Shown piece after piece: positions 35,426-47,052 of a stretch of DNA of 64,000 nt (positions are counted from its first letter, which is position 1; each line of letters starts with the position of its first letter). Source of the stretch: Selaginella moellendorffii (taxonomy: Eukaryota > Plantae > Lycopodiophyta); assembly GCF_000143415.4 (NCBI RefSeq), contig NW_003314412.1, positions 216,318 through 280,317 on the forward strand, read 5' to 3'. The notes beneath the pieces were generated by a model. The model did not search any database, was not told where the DNA came from, and saw only the letters and a program-made list of their open reading frames with translations. Made by a program: the position numbers and the translations under genes.

Positions 35426-36928
35426 ATGCCGGCGGCGGTCTTCACCATTTTCAAGCTATGGCCGAGGAGGAGGAAGAAGAAGGAAACCCCTGTCCCGAAT
35501 CGAAAGATCTCATGTAAGCAGCTGCCCATCTTTGCTCGCTCGCCCTCGTCTTGATCGAGTTCTTTCCTTCTCCAGGGTCTTCGCACAGGGCGCTCGATTA
35601 CTGGAGCTCCACTTTCTCCACCTGGGACGACGAGCTCCAATTCCTCCAGCAGCTCCCACCACTGCCACCGATCGTGAGGCTGCCACCAATTGTCGACACC
35701 ATCTTCACGCTCAAGGAGATGCTGCTCGCCACCGCAAACTTTAGCTCCGACAACCTCCTCGGCGAGGGAGGATTCGGGAGAGTCTATCGAGGAGTCCTCA
35801 AAAACGGCCAGGTAGCTTTGCTCGATCCAAAACTCCTTCCAACATTTTGCTGCTGTTCTTCCTAGATCGTTGCCGTGAAGCAAATGGAGCCATCGCTGAG
35901 CAAAGGCGTCCAAGGCGAGAGAGAGTTCCGCGTCGAGGTGGACATCCTGAGCCGCCTCGATCACTCCCATCTTGTCAAGCTCATCGGCTACTGCGCGGAC
36001 AAAGGCCAGAGAATGCTCGTCTACGAGTTCATGCCCCATGGCAATCTCCAAGAGCATCTCCACGGTATGAGAAACAACTCCACCAGAAAACTTGCCCGGC
36101 CAACCTCTTTTCTTCTTCTTCTTCCCGTAGGGATCGTCAGAGTGAAGATGGACTGGAGAACTCGCGTCTCCATAGCTCGCGGAGCCGCGACTGCCCTCGA
36201 GTACTTGCACAATGGCCCTGCCACCGGAAATCCAGTCATCCACCGGGACTTCAAGTCGAGCAACATCCTCCTGGATGATAAGTTCCAAGCAAAGGTAATC
36301 TTCTCGCTGCCCTGCCACCTCTATAAATGCAGTGCCTCCAATTTCTCGGCTGCCCCAGGTGTCGGACTTTGGCCTGGCGAAGCTGGTGCCTTACGGCAAC
36401 CAAACGTACGTGAGCACCCGAGTCCTCGGAACTTTCGGCTACTTTGATCCCCAGTACACAGCAGTAAGTCGTCCCTGTGTGCCGCTGCTTTGCTCAACTG
36501 ATCTTCTTTTGCATTTCCTTCCTAGACCGGAAGACTGACGCTCAAAAGCGACGTCTATGCCTTCGGAGTCGTCATGCTGGAGCTGCTCACTGGGCGCAGA
36601 CCTGTTAATGCCACCTACACCTTGCGGAAGCAAAACCTTGTCACCCAGGTACAGTCTAATCTCTGCTTCCACAAGCCCGTCTTGATCCACTGGAAACGAA
36701 CAGGTCAGGGACTGGCTGCGAGAGAAACGAAAGCTGAAGAAGATCCTGGACCCGGAACTTCGAGCAGAGCTACCGTGGCAATGGGACTCCATCAGAAGGT
36801 TTGCCAGCCTCGCCTTTGACTGCATCAGAGACGATGATACCCGTCGTCCAACCATGTCTCAGTGTGCCCGAGAGCTAGAGCTTCTCCACCTGTCGCTAAC
36901 GCTGTACAGTAGATCCTCCAGAACGTAA
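35426..36928 (+). CDS. Receptor-like cytoplasmic Ser/Thr kinase (PBL28-like)
   Basis: [89 protein letters not shown]. Confidence 0.93.
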
Positions 36929-36971
36929 AATAAACGAAAAACGTCGATGGTCTCGTCACTGACTGTTGTAC

Positions 36972-38766
36972 CTAGCTGAGAGACATCACCTCTACTGATT
37001 CCTGTGCCTCCTGCCCCTTCAAGCTTGCGGCATTCTCTGACGAGCACCCGAGACCCTCTGGACGAACAATCTTCCGCCTCTTCAACTGAGGAGCAGAAGA
37101 AACATTGCTGCTCACAACTCTACGCTTGAAGTCCACGGGAAAGGAGCTATCTTCAATCGATCCGCTGTTCCCCGTCACAGAGTCGTCCTCTTGGACAAAA
37201 GTAACAGGCACTGGTCTCTCGACATTATCAACTTTCATCCTTGACTGGTTCCTCGGCGGCCGTGGACGGAATTTGTCGGGAACCAAGACGCCCGTTTGGA
37301 ACACCTTCTCGGTCGCTGGAATTGTGTCGTTGCCTCCTGAAGACGATCCTAATCGCGAGAACACAGTCGCCGGCTTGATCCTGTTGAAGACACTTTTGTT
37401 GTCCTTCGTTGGTTTCTGCCTCTTCTGAGGTAACACCTTCGACTGGACAGCCTTGGTCGTTGTTTGAGCCGGTGTTTGATGCCCGTTCGAAGCCAAGTTG
37501 ACTCTTTGTTGTCGTGGATGCTGGTTAAGGGACTTCGGAAGCTTCGAAACCTGCTTCGGAGCTCTGTTTTGTGCCCCCTCAACCTGATGGAAGACATTGT
37601 TGTTCCTACTAGCAGCAGCAGGAGAATCCTCGTATCCTTTGGCACTAGCCTCTGGACTAGCGGGCTGGTAGCTGACCTCCGCAGGATGGTGATGGTGAGC
37701 TCTATACGGAGGCGGCTGTCCGTAGCCACCTTGGCTTACTGCTGTCGTCCCATCCAAGTTGCCATGGTCCAAGTGTGCTACAGGGCTGAAAAAAGCAGGT
37801 CCAGAGCTGCGAGCAAGATGCGCTTGCCTCGGGTAGCCAAGGACTTGTACTGGAGTTGAATCAGCCATCCTTCCCTGGTTCTTCATCGGATGGGTGACAT
37901 ACGGCGTTGAATCGATCGGTGAACAATTCCAGCCAGAAGTCATAGAGTGACTGTGAGGCACTGCAGTTGGTGCCATCTGAGCGTAAGGAATTCCGATGTG
38001 AGCAGGCTCATCGAGCTCGTGGACGTAACCACCATCACCGCCCTGGTTCTCAACTACGTGCACGTCCTCCGGGTAAGGACAGAAGAAGGCGTAAGGATTC
38101 GGTCGCGCGTAAGGATCCTTATACATGTGTTCCGCTACAAAAGCTCCATTACTATAAAGACGTGATTCGGCCTCGGCACGCTTGACAAACATATCTATGA
38201 GACGCGAGACCTGGCATGCCAATGGAAACGGCAATAAGCCAACGCTGGTTCACAAAGGGAAGCTACCTGTGACGAAGTCAGGACTTCTGGACCAACATGC
38301 GGCTTTATATCATTGTTTAAGAAGAAGTTTTCAAGCTCCACGCCTTCGAGCGGCAAATAGCGCTGTTGAACGTGAAGAGAAATCTATAAGAAAACAAAGA
38401 TGCAACGATTAGTTTAGCCTAGACAATGTAAATAAAGGAATGAGAGACCTTTTCATCGTATTTGGAAGCTCCCACCTGATAGACACCGTAGAGCCGCCCC
38501 AAGGATTGCTCAAAGAGAAAGAGGATCATCCCCGGCCTCACCACACGAGCTATGAGACGATTGGATGGAATGTCCTGGACTGGATGGATCAAATTCTCCT
38601 TGCACGGGCAAATGAGACCCTCAAAGCTGGCGCTGGCGCTCTCCTGTAAGCAGTGCGCCTTGGGATGGATCTTGTGCGAGGCGGCCTTCATTGTCGCCTC
38701 TGCCGCCTTGCGTCTCATCGCCTCGCGCCGCCGAGAGAGGCGGTCACGCGCATCCACGGGGCTCAT
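36972..38766 (-). CDS. Divergent DCD (development and cell death) domain protein
   Basis: GLICPC..VVRPGMILFLFEQSLGRLYGVYQ, YLPLE, LTSSQ/VSRLIDMF resemble DCD; long low-complexity tail ending DFKRR..KRRKIVRP. Confidence 0.7.
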
Positions 38767-39256
38767 CACTAGCCTATGATCTAGCCTGAAAATTTCTAGC
38801 AATCCAACCAACCTGGAACCGGCGCGCTTCGATCGCTGCTGGAGGATGCCACGTTAAACAGTCGAGCATACAAGCATGCAACAGCGAAATATTGCAGCAA
38901 GAACAGGCAAGATCACACCAAAAGCCACGACCTTTCAATCACACAGTCACACAGCAGCCAAGAACAGGCGATGATCCACACAAAGATGAAAGGGATCAAA
39001 GGAGAATCGATCCGAGCGGCCGCCTCTCGCGCATCGCAGCGGAGGATAGCAATCAAACCCTAGCGCCAAGAGTGCCAAGAGAGGGAAGCCAAGATGGTTA
39101 ACGTGAAGGGTGCCACTGAGCTGGCAGGATCGGCGGCAGAGATCCGTCCACGTCGTAGCTATCTAGCAGGATTCGAGCCGGGCGCCTTACAGGCGCACTC
39201 AAGACCAACGGCTAGGATTTTCCCTGGACGGAATAGGGTTCTAGCAAAAGAGGAAG

Positions 39257-41395
39257 ATGACGCTGGAGAAGGAAATGCATCGGCGGAGGGATGCCTACAA
39301 GGATTACGCCGAGCGGAGCGATCGGCAAGACGAGGAGCAGCGTCACAGGCGCTACGAAGATTATCCCCCGAGCTGGCCAGGTAGGTTGGAAATCCACAGG
39401 GAGAGGGAGGGTCACGACGGCAGGGATTACAAGGGGAATTGGGACTCGCGAGTCGATCGGAGGGATTCTCCGCGCAGTCCATACAGGGATCCGGGGGGCA
39501 GTAGTAGAATCGAGCCGGGAATAGCGGGTTTGATCTTTATGTGCAACAAGAAGACGCAGAGGAGGTGCCTCGCTTACAATGTGCTTGGAATGCCGAGGAC
39601 CAAGAAGCGTTTCGCGGATCACATCACTCCAGGAATGAAGCTTTTCCTGTTTGAGTTTGAGTCGAGAGAGCTTCACGGGGTTTTTGAGGCCGTGAGCTAT
39701 GTGGGGGTGGATTTGGAGCCGAAAGCCTTCATAGAAGCGGACATCGATTTTCCACTCCAGGTATGAAGCTTCTTTCTTGTTCTTTAACATTCTTCGGACT
39801 TTTTAATTGGTCTTTTCGCTTCTAGGTGCGGTTCCGTGTCGTGGAAAAGTGCCTACCTTTGCGTGAAACCGAATACAAGGATGCGATTCTCGAAAACTAC
39901 TACGAAAACAATCGCTTCAAGTTTGATCTATCTAAGGAACAGGCAAGCAACGACAACTTTTGGATTTTTTTAGTATTTACTGGTCTCTTAGTCCGCGTCT
40001 GACTCGTTTGCTTCTTAGGTGGTGAAGCTCATGAGGCTGTTCATGCCGGCAGACGTGCCCCGCGGCTCAAGAAGTTTTCACTACCCTCCTTCAGCTGGAA
40101 CCAACTCAGTTGATGACGCTTACTCGGACTTTAGGGGGCCAACCGATAGTCGAACTTACCGCAGCGGTCGCAGTGATCGTCATCAAAGGGATGATCACTG
40201 GAAGAATGAGCCTGAGCAGCAGGTTTCCAAGACGTCGTACGTTGAAGGGCCTAGTCGCGTTAACTATCCAACTTACAACGAGTATAAGGAGCCTGCTGGT
40301 CGGACTTCGTACGTACCACACGAAAGATACTACGAGAGCGCAAGCGCAGCCAAGTTTGCACCTTCTCAGAGATCTGAGCCGGATACTTGGTGTAGCGCGA
40401 GGCCCAACGACTACGACTATGGCGATACTTTGGGACCCGGGCAACAGTGTGCTCCTTCTTCATATGCTGGCGTTTCTTCGAAATGCGACGCTCTTGGCTA
40501 CGGTATCGGGAGACCAGAGGCCACCACAGCTTTAACCACTGACGCAGATCGATACTGGAAACCGGACAGCAGCGTTTTGCAGATGTCCGCAGACTTTAGA
40601 TCGAGCTTTTACGGTCGACAGGGGTCGTCTCTATATGATGAGATGGGGAATGGGGACAGGGTCCGGAATATGGATCCGATGGAAGATGGTTCTTACAGGC
40701 TAGCTAGCAAGAAGGCTTTAGTTTCGGACATGTTGGATTATCTCCCACCCACAATGACCGCTCTGGCTCCTCCTGCAATGTCACAGGTAATGGCAACGGG
40801 AAAGCCAGCAACGGAATACCGAGAGTTCGCGCCAACTTATAGTTCTGACGTGAGAAAGGCCTCATATGGATACCCAGAGGATGTTACTAGACAGCCAAGC
40901 AGGTATTCGTCGGTTGGCAATGGTTTGGCTCTGGATAACGGGCATGCACTCAATGGAGTAAGCATTCCAGAGACGATACCAAAGGAGAGGTATAAGAGGG
41001 AGCACTCTCCAGTGTTTTCGGATGCGAAGTACTCGAGGCATCCGTCCGAAAGGGAAAGGAGTTTTGAAGGACGTCGGCACTTCGAATACCAGCAGCCTGC
41101 CGCCAGCTCGTACTGTAGAAACTCTTCGGAGACTTACGGACGCCAACAGAAGCCTAGCGTATGGGACAGGATAGCAGCTCCTACGAAAAGACCGAAAATG
41201 CAAAACTACGACAAAAAGAGGAGAGAGTTCTCCCCAGAATCGCCTCAAGAAGAGGACTATACTACTCTGGAAACCGAGCGGGACGACGGCACTTACGTGA
41301 TAGACTTTAAGAGACGAAACAAGGGCGATGGGCTTGCAGGTACTAGCCACAATGGGCACAGAAAAAAGAAGATCGTGAGGCCGGATTCGCATTAG
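39257..41395 (+). CDS. DCD domain protein
   Basis: AGLIFMCNKKTQRRCL..ITPGMKLFLFEFESRELHGVFEA..FPLQ/VRFRVVEKCLPLRETEYKDAILENYY..FKFDLSKEQ/VVKLMRLF; second intron is GC-AG. Confidence 0.92.
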
Positions 41396-41575
41396 AATTT
41401 AGCGGTTTAGGAGGTTAGGGGGTGGGGCAGCTCGTCCGACAGGATGCCACTCCGAGTATCTGCATATTTCTGTTAACGTAGCAAGCATGAAGTTCCTAAC
41501 TCGCTGGTAAGTTTCTTTTCTATTGGAGATCACGAGGATATATTACGGGGTGGAACGGAGCGCTCTAGTTGGTGC

Positions 41576-42722
41576 ATGGATCTCTGGTTTTGGCTGGTGT
41601 TCATTATGATCGTGGCGCCGACCGTTCCAGGTTCCGGTACAGTCTTATCGCAAGTTTCCATGGCTGATGTCGTAACGCTTTGCTCCAGCTGCAGGGACTG
41701 TGGGTGTTAACTATGGCCGCTTAGCCTCAAAGCTTCCTTCGCCTGGGGAGGTTGTCGAGCTTGTTCGATCTCTCGGGGTGACAAAAGTTAGGATCTACGA
41801 CACTGATGCGACCGTTTTGCAGGCCTTCGCCAACACAAGCATCGAACTGACAGTCTCGGTTCCTAACAACGATATACCGGCTCTTGCTACAAACATCAGC
41901 ACGGCCCAGAACTGGGTGAACAGCTCCATATTATTGTTTTATCCGCAGACGAAGGTCACAACTATCTTGGTTGGCTACGAGGTGTTAACGGCTGGACAGC
42001 ATATTATGCCATATCTCCTTACTGCTATGGAGAACATACATTCGGCTCTTGCTACTCTAAAAATCGACTCACAGGTGAAGGTCTCTACTACTCACTCGCT
42101 AAACATTCTCAACATGACTTCTCCGCCGTCGCTATGCTCCTTCGACCATGAAGCAATCGTCAGACCTTTGTTACAGTTTCTATCGAAAACGGGTGCTCCC
42201 TTTATGGTTAACATTTACACTTTCTCGACGTTTCAGCAGGACAAGGGTCGGAACTTTCCCGAGTCATTCGCGTTGCTGAAACCCACTGGCTTCGTGGTCG
42301 TCGATCCCATTTCCAGGCTACGGTACGAGAATTTGTTCTTGGCTCAGCTGGACGCGGTTTACTCGGCAATTGATAATTTCGGTTTCAGTGACATACAGGT
42401 GACTGACTCCTTACGGTTTGCAAATCGTCTAAACTTGTGACAGTCCTTGTTCCAGGTGGCTGTCTCCGAGACTGGGTGGCCGTTCACTGGAAAAAGTGGA
42501 GCAAGCGTTCGCAAGTCAAGGTCTTACAATCAACACGTTGCAAGGCTTTGTCTCTCGGGTGCGGGGACCCCTCTGGTCCGTGACAGACCGATCGAAGTGT
42601 TTATCCACTCGCTGTTCAACGAGGATTTGCAGCCGTCATCACTGGGTACTTTCGGGCTTTACTTCACCAACAAGTCGAGGGTGTTTGACTTCGATACTCG
42701 CACCTTGCAGCCCTCGAAGTAA
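41576..42722 (+). CDS. Glycoside hydrolase family 17 beta-1,3-glucanase-like (copy 1)
   Basis: Signal-peptide exon MDLWFWLVF..; VGVNYGR, KVRIYD, VGYEV, YENLFLAQLDAVYSA, VAVSETGWP, SLFNEDL. Confidence 0.9.
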
Positions 42723-42996
42723 GTTCTATGATCAAATTTCTTTTTTAGGCTTCTTCTCTGTTGAATGAAGACTCGAGGCTTTTATTGTCAGCTGAAACAC
42801 GTCACAGTGACTTCGAGAATGCTAAATTGTCTCGGTTGGTTTGCTTCACACCATCGATCTGTCAGTGACTCATACGCGGAATGCCTGCGTGTTTCCTTGA
42901 CAAGGATCATCATCCAAATGCGACTTAAACTCCGGCATAGGCGGTTCGAGGCACATATATCGATAAGCTCTGGCATATCTTTCAGTCGAACAAGCA

Positions 42997-43641
42997 ATGG
43001 CCTCCGGATCACCCATCATCAGCTTTTTCCTGCTATCACTGGCTCTCGTGGCAAACGCAGCTGATCCAGATCCAGTTCTCGACTTCTGCGTCGCCAACAA
43101 CAGCAGCAGCGGCTCCTCGGGATCATGCAGAAATCCTTCGGCAGTCACCGGCCAGGACTTCGTGTCCGAGATCCTCAGGAACATGAACAACACGCAGGGT
43201 CCAAACACCTTCAACGCAACTCTGGCGTCAGTTTCAACGTTTCCGGGCCTCAACACGATGGGTCTCTCGATCGCGAGGGTCGACTTTGGCGTCGGGGGTG
43301 TGGTTCCGACTCACGTCCATCCCAGAGCATCGGAGCTCGTCTACGTCGCGGAGGGGACAATCTCGGCCGGATTCGTGGACACCAACAACGTTTTGTTTGC
43401 TCGGACGCTCCAGAGAGGTGACTTGATCATCATTCCCAGGGGTCTGCTCCACTACCTGTACAACGTTGGCAGTGAGCCTGCTATTGCGTTTGTGGTGTAT
43501 AACAGCCAGGAGGCTGGACTCCAGCTGCTGGGGCCGAGCTTGTTTGGATCAGAGATCCCCACTCCAGTTCTTGCGTCGTCGCTGTCTCTCAATGAGAGCA
43601 CCATCGCTGCCTTGCGAGGAATCTATGCTCCTTCCTCTTGA
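42997..43641 (+). CDS. Germin-like protein (copy 1)
   Basis: Signal peptide, ADPDPVLDFCVA, FPGLNTMGLSIARVDF, germin box PTHVHPRASE, PRGLLHY. Confidence 0.95.
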   Translation: MASGSPIISFFLLSLALVANAADPDPVLDFCVANNSSSGSSGSCRNPSAVTGQDFVSEILRNMNNTQGPNTFNATLASVSTFPGLNTMGLSIARVDFGVGGVVPTHVHPRASELVYVAEGTISAGFVDTNNVLFARTLQRGDLIIIPRGLLHYLYNVGSEPAIAFVVYNSQEAGLQLLGPSLFGSEIPTPVLASSLSLNESTIAALRGIYAPSS

Positions 43642-44057
43642 ATTTGTTCGTAAACATGCGTTGAGTAAAGATTCGCTGCTGCATTTGTGCTTTAAGTTTC
43701 TTTGTTTAAACTCTTAAATTGCACTAGATTTTCATTGATTCGTTTTATCTATAAATAACACGGCACATACGTATGGTCCATATGATCGTTTGTTTTCAAT
43801 TGAGTACTATTGCACAATCTGTGTTCCTTCCGTTTGAACGAAAGCGGAGATTGCAGAAAACATCGGCTGGGTACGGTGCGTTCTTGTGAGACCTATGAAT
43901 TACAAAGTCCACCAAAATGGTTAGACTTCCAGGAAATCCCTCTAGGGGGTTCCAACGTTCATATGTTGTGCTCCAGATCCAAGGCGCGCCAACAAAGCCA
44001 CCCGAAACTGCTATTCAAACTTCAAGGAATCTCAAGCGATGCCGTCTGGCTGTGCAA

Positions 44058-44270
44058 ATGGATATCCTAGATCGGGTTACCAGCAGTGGTCCTAGTGACA
44101 AGGCCCTTGCTTGGCAAGCTTCTGTCAGTGCTCCAGCACCACGCGATTCTAGCAGCGCTAGGCCAAAATTTATGCAATCCGTGGCCTGGTACAAGCATGC
44201 ATTTGTCACCAATCCAGTGAATGATTATGACAATGCAGAGAATGCTTTTTGACTACTGGTGCTATGAAAT
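44058..44270 (+). pseudogene. ALADIN gene fragment (copy 1)
   Basis: AVQMDI..RDSSSARPKFMQSVAWYKH..AFVTNP..DYDNAEN resembles ALADIN AAQMDI..RDSSSARPKFLQSMAWHKH..AFVANP..DYDDAD. Confidence 0.8.
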
Positions 44271-45053
44271 GGAGGCTTCTAGAAATTCTTTGTTGGCTTA
44301 TGATTAATTTTAAGTACTATTTGTAATCCTAACCTTAACCATTTAAGAATCTACTGCATTCTGTTTATTTATCACTCCACATACTACTTTTTCTCTTTGA
44401 TGGATTTCTATTCTTTTCTTGATTTTTAGGTTTACAAAGTATCATCACTACTTTATAAGCTTTAAATATTGTTGTCTTTGATTGAACTATGATTTCTCTT
44501 AACTTCAAAGTCCAATGTGTAATTATGGTGAATTAATTAATGGTTTAGAGTAGCTTGATTTATAAATCTTTCTTACTTTTTAATATATCAAACATAGGAT
44601 AAATTATATGATCGATATCATCTAATAATTAGCATATTATATAGCAATAGTCTTTCATAGAGAAAACACCAAATGACAATTAGAAAATGAAGTTAGATGA
44701 TGCTAATAAAATACTACATTTTTATTTTTCTTCTTGCTCTTTCAGTATAACTATTAGTTACACTATGTTTAAGTACATTACACTATTATAAATTTATTAT
44801 ATTTTTAAAAAATTTATTTTACTATTTATGCAAGAAAACCATTTTCAAAATATGTATAAATAAACTTTTTAAACTTTATATTAGCACACAGTTACATTAA
44901 AATGTTATTTGTTTGCCTAGGTTGTTGCCTTTAAAAAGGAAACAAAAGATTTTTTCATAATACAATAAGTAAATTAATTTTAAATAAAATTAAAAAAATT
45001 TAATAAAATTTTAATTCATAATGAAATAATTTAATAGTATTATATTTTATATG

Positions 45054-45153
45054 NNNNNNNNNNNNNNNNNNNNNNNNNNNNNNNNNNNNNNNNNNNNNNN
45101 NNNNNNNNNNNNNNNNNNNNNNNNNNNNNNNNNNNNNNNNNNNNNNNNNNNNN
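45054..45153. other. Assembly gap (100 N)
   Basis: N run; the equivalent position in unit 2 holds only ~50 nt (53216-53267). Confidence 0.95.
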
Positions 45154-45763
45154 ATATTTTTTGCTGGACCTTGAAAAATTAAAATTTGATATGCCTCATC
45201 ATTTATATAAAATGTTATTTTTTTATAATTCTGTTATCTCTTTAAATAATAAATATATTTTAAATATGCAACCCTAAAACCTAAACCCTAAACCTTTCTA
45301 TATTTACTAACATTCATAAGATCTTTACTTAAACAAATATCAAAGAAAAATCATAAAAAAAAATTAAAATCAAAATATATACACCATACTATTAACTAGT
45401 TTTCTATAAAAATAATATAAATTTAAGAAATAAACTGCTTACACAAAATGAAACTACAGATAGATTAAAAATGAAAAATGTTATCGTGTGAGCTATTGTT
45501 GCTAGCTCAAAGGCTATTAGCAACTTAGCATGTGAGGTTTAACTATGCCGAGAATATTTTAAAGATGTTCTTTTTGTCTGAAAACTTAAATCATGTGAGA
45601 CATTGGTCTCATACCGAGACTCGAACTTGGGCTCTTGTCTTTTTATCTCCAGGGAATCGAACTAGGTCTGATGTAGCGGTGCCCCCCCCCAGACACTTCA
45701 TTTCTGATATAGCACGTCTGCTTTGCCATGCCCTCAACCGTTGCTGCGTCACTGTTTAGCATC

Positions 45764-46500
45764 CTAGCTGCCCGAATCAATGCTGCCCAGTACTGTTGCA
45801 CGGACTCCTCTCTTGAATTTGTGATCCCTCATCGTGAGGAAGGCACGTTCAGCAGGCTGTCCAAGCTGGAAGAGGCAGCGGCCACGTTGAATTGCCTCCT
45901 CCCAAGATTCCTCTTCAACTCCACTCCGATGGGCCATAAAAAGTCGTTGCGCTTCCCCTTCCAGAGCCATGCATAATCTCTCTCCCTGCCACTTTGTTGT
46001 TGTGTGCTGCACACTTGAAAATCTCCAGATAGAGCTCAAAGTCTTCTCCCATTTTGTATATAGGATACTTGACGTGAGCCAATGACGAAACTTCTGGGCA
46101 GAAAAGCTCCTTTCTCGTTGTAGCATTTCCCGCTACTACTAATCGCCATGTGACCTGGGGGTCCTTCAAGAGTGCAACGTCAGCATTCTCCAGCAGCCTC
46201 TTAGTGGTTGCCTCCACTCTTGGTTCCTTAGACAGCCGGTCAGACGCATCCTCCCTTTCCCTGAGCGGAGTGGAGCATTCGAGTCCCCTTCGTGGCCAGA
46301 TGCCAATCCTCGTGTCAGCGGAGATGCCATGCTTTCAGTTCATGCCAGACGAGAAAGGCGCCATGGCCCAAGCACGTCACTAGCACCAAGGGTAGATCAC
46401 CAAGATCCCCCCACCACTGGCCGCCTCGGCTCAGCTCATTCCTCATCACTTGATCCCCCCACCACTGGCCTCCTCGGCTCAGCTCATTTCTCAGCCCTGG
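45764..46500 (-). mobile_element. Frameshifted gag-like retroelement relic with short upstream tandem repeat (copy 1)
   Basis: YKMGEDFELYLEIFKCAAHNNK / ERLCMALEGEAQRLF..SWEEAIQ resembles the Gypsy-type capsid N-terminal pattern; gatccccccaccactggcc.cctcggctcagctcatt occurs twice at 46403-46490. Confidence 0.5.
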
Positions 46501-46684
46501 TTGGATGTATGGTGGCTCCAACTTTTGGATGCCATGCCTTGTGACCAAACCTCTTGGTCACACTGGCTGTCCTAGCCAGGAAAGTCCTTTTGGCCATGCG
46601 TGTCCTCCACACAAGCATGTTACTGCGCAAGCCCTCATGCTCAAAATTTTAGTCATGCCAGAAATGGAATGAAAAAGGAAAATT

Positions 46685-46904
46685 NNNNNNNNNNNNNNNN
46701 NNNNNNNNNNNNNNNNNNNNNNNNNNNNNNNNNNNNNNNNNNNNNNNNNNNNNNNNNNNNNNNNNNNNNNNNNNNNNNNNNNNNNNNNNNNNNNNNNNNN
46801 NNNNNNNNNNNNNNNNNNNNNNNNNNNNNNNNNNNNNNNNNNNNNNNNNNNNNNNNNNNNNNNNNNNNNNNNNNNNNNNNNNNNNNNNNNNNNNNNNNNN
46901 NNNN
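46685..46904. other. Assembly gap (220 N)
   Basis: N run; unit 2 supplies a fill of the same length at ~54800-55019. Confidence 0.95.
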
Positions 46905-47052
46905 TGCCGCCCGATCCTCTCCCTGCCACGTCAGATCTCCTTGCTGAGTCATCCCTCCACGTGTTTTGCCTCACTTTGTTATACGGGCTCGTTATTGGCC
47001 GCTACACCGATGCTAGGGTTCTAACGTTCATGTGTTGGGCTCTCGACGAACA

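Noticed and set aside
45272-45295. accctaaaacctaaaccctaaacc as an interstitial telomere
   Set aside because: Only about three degenerate units in AT-rich DNA; too short to support
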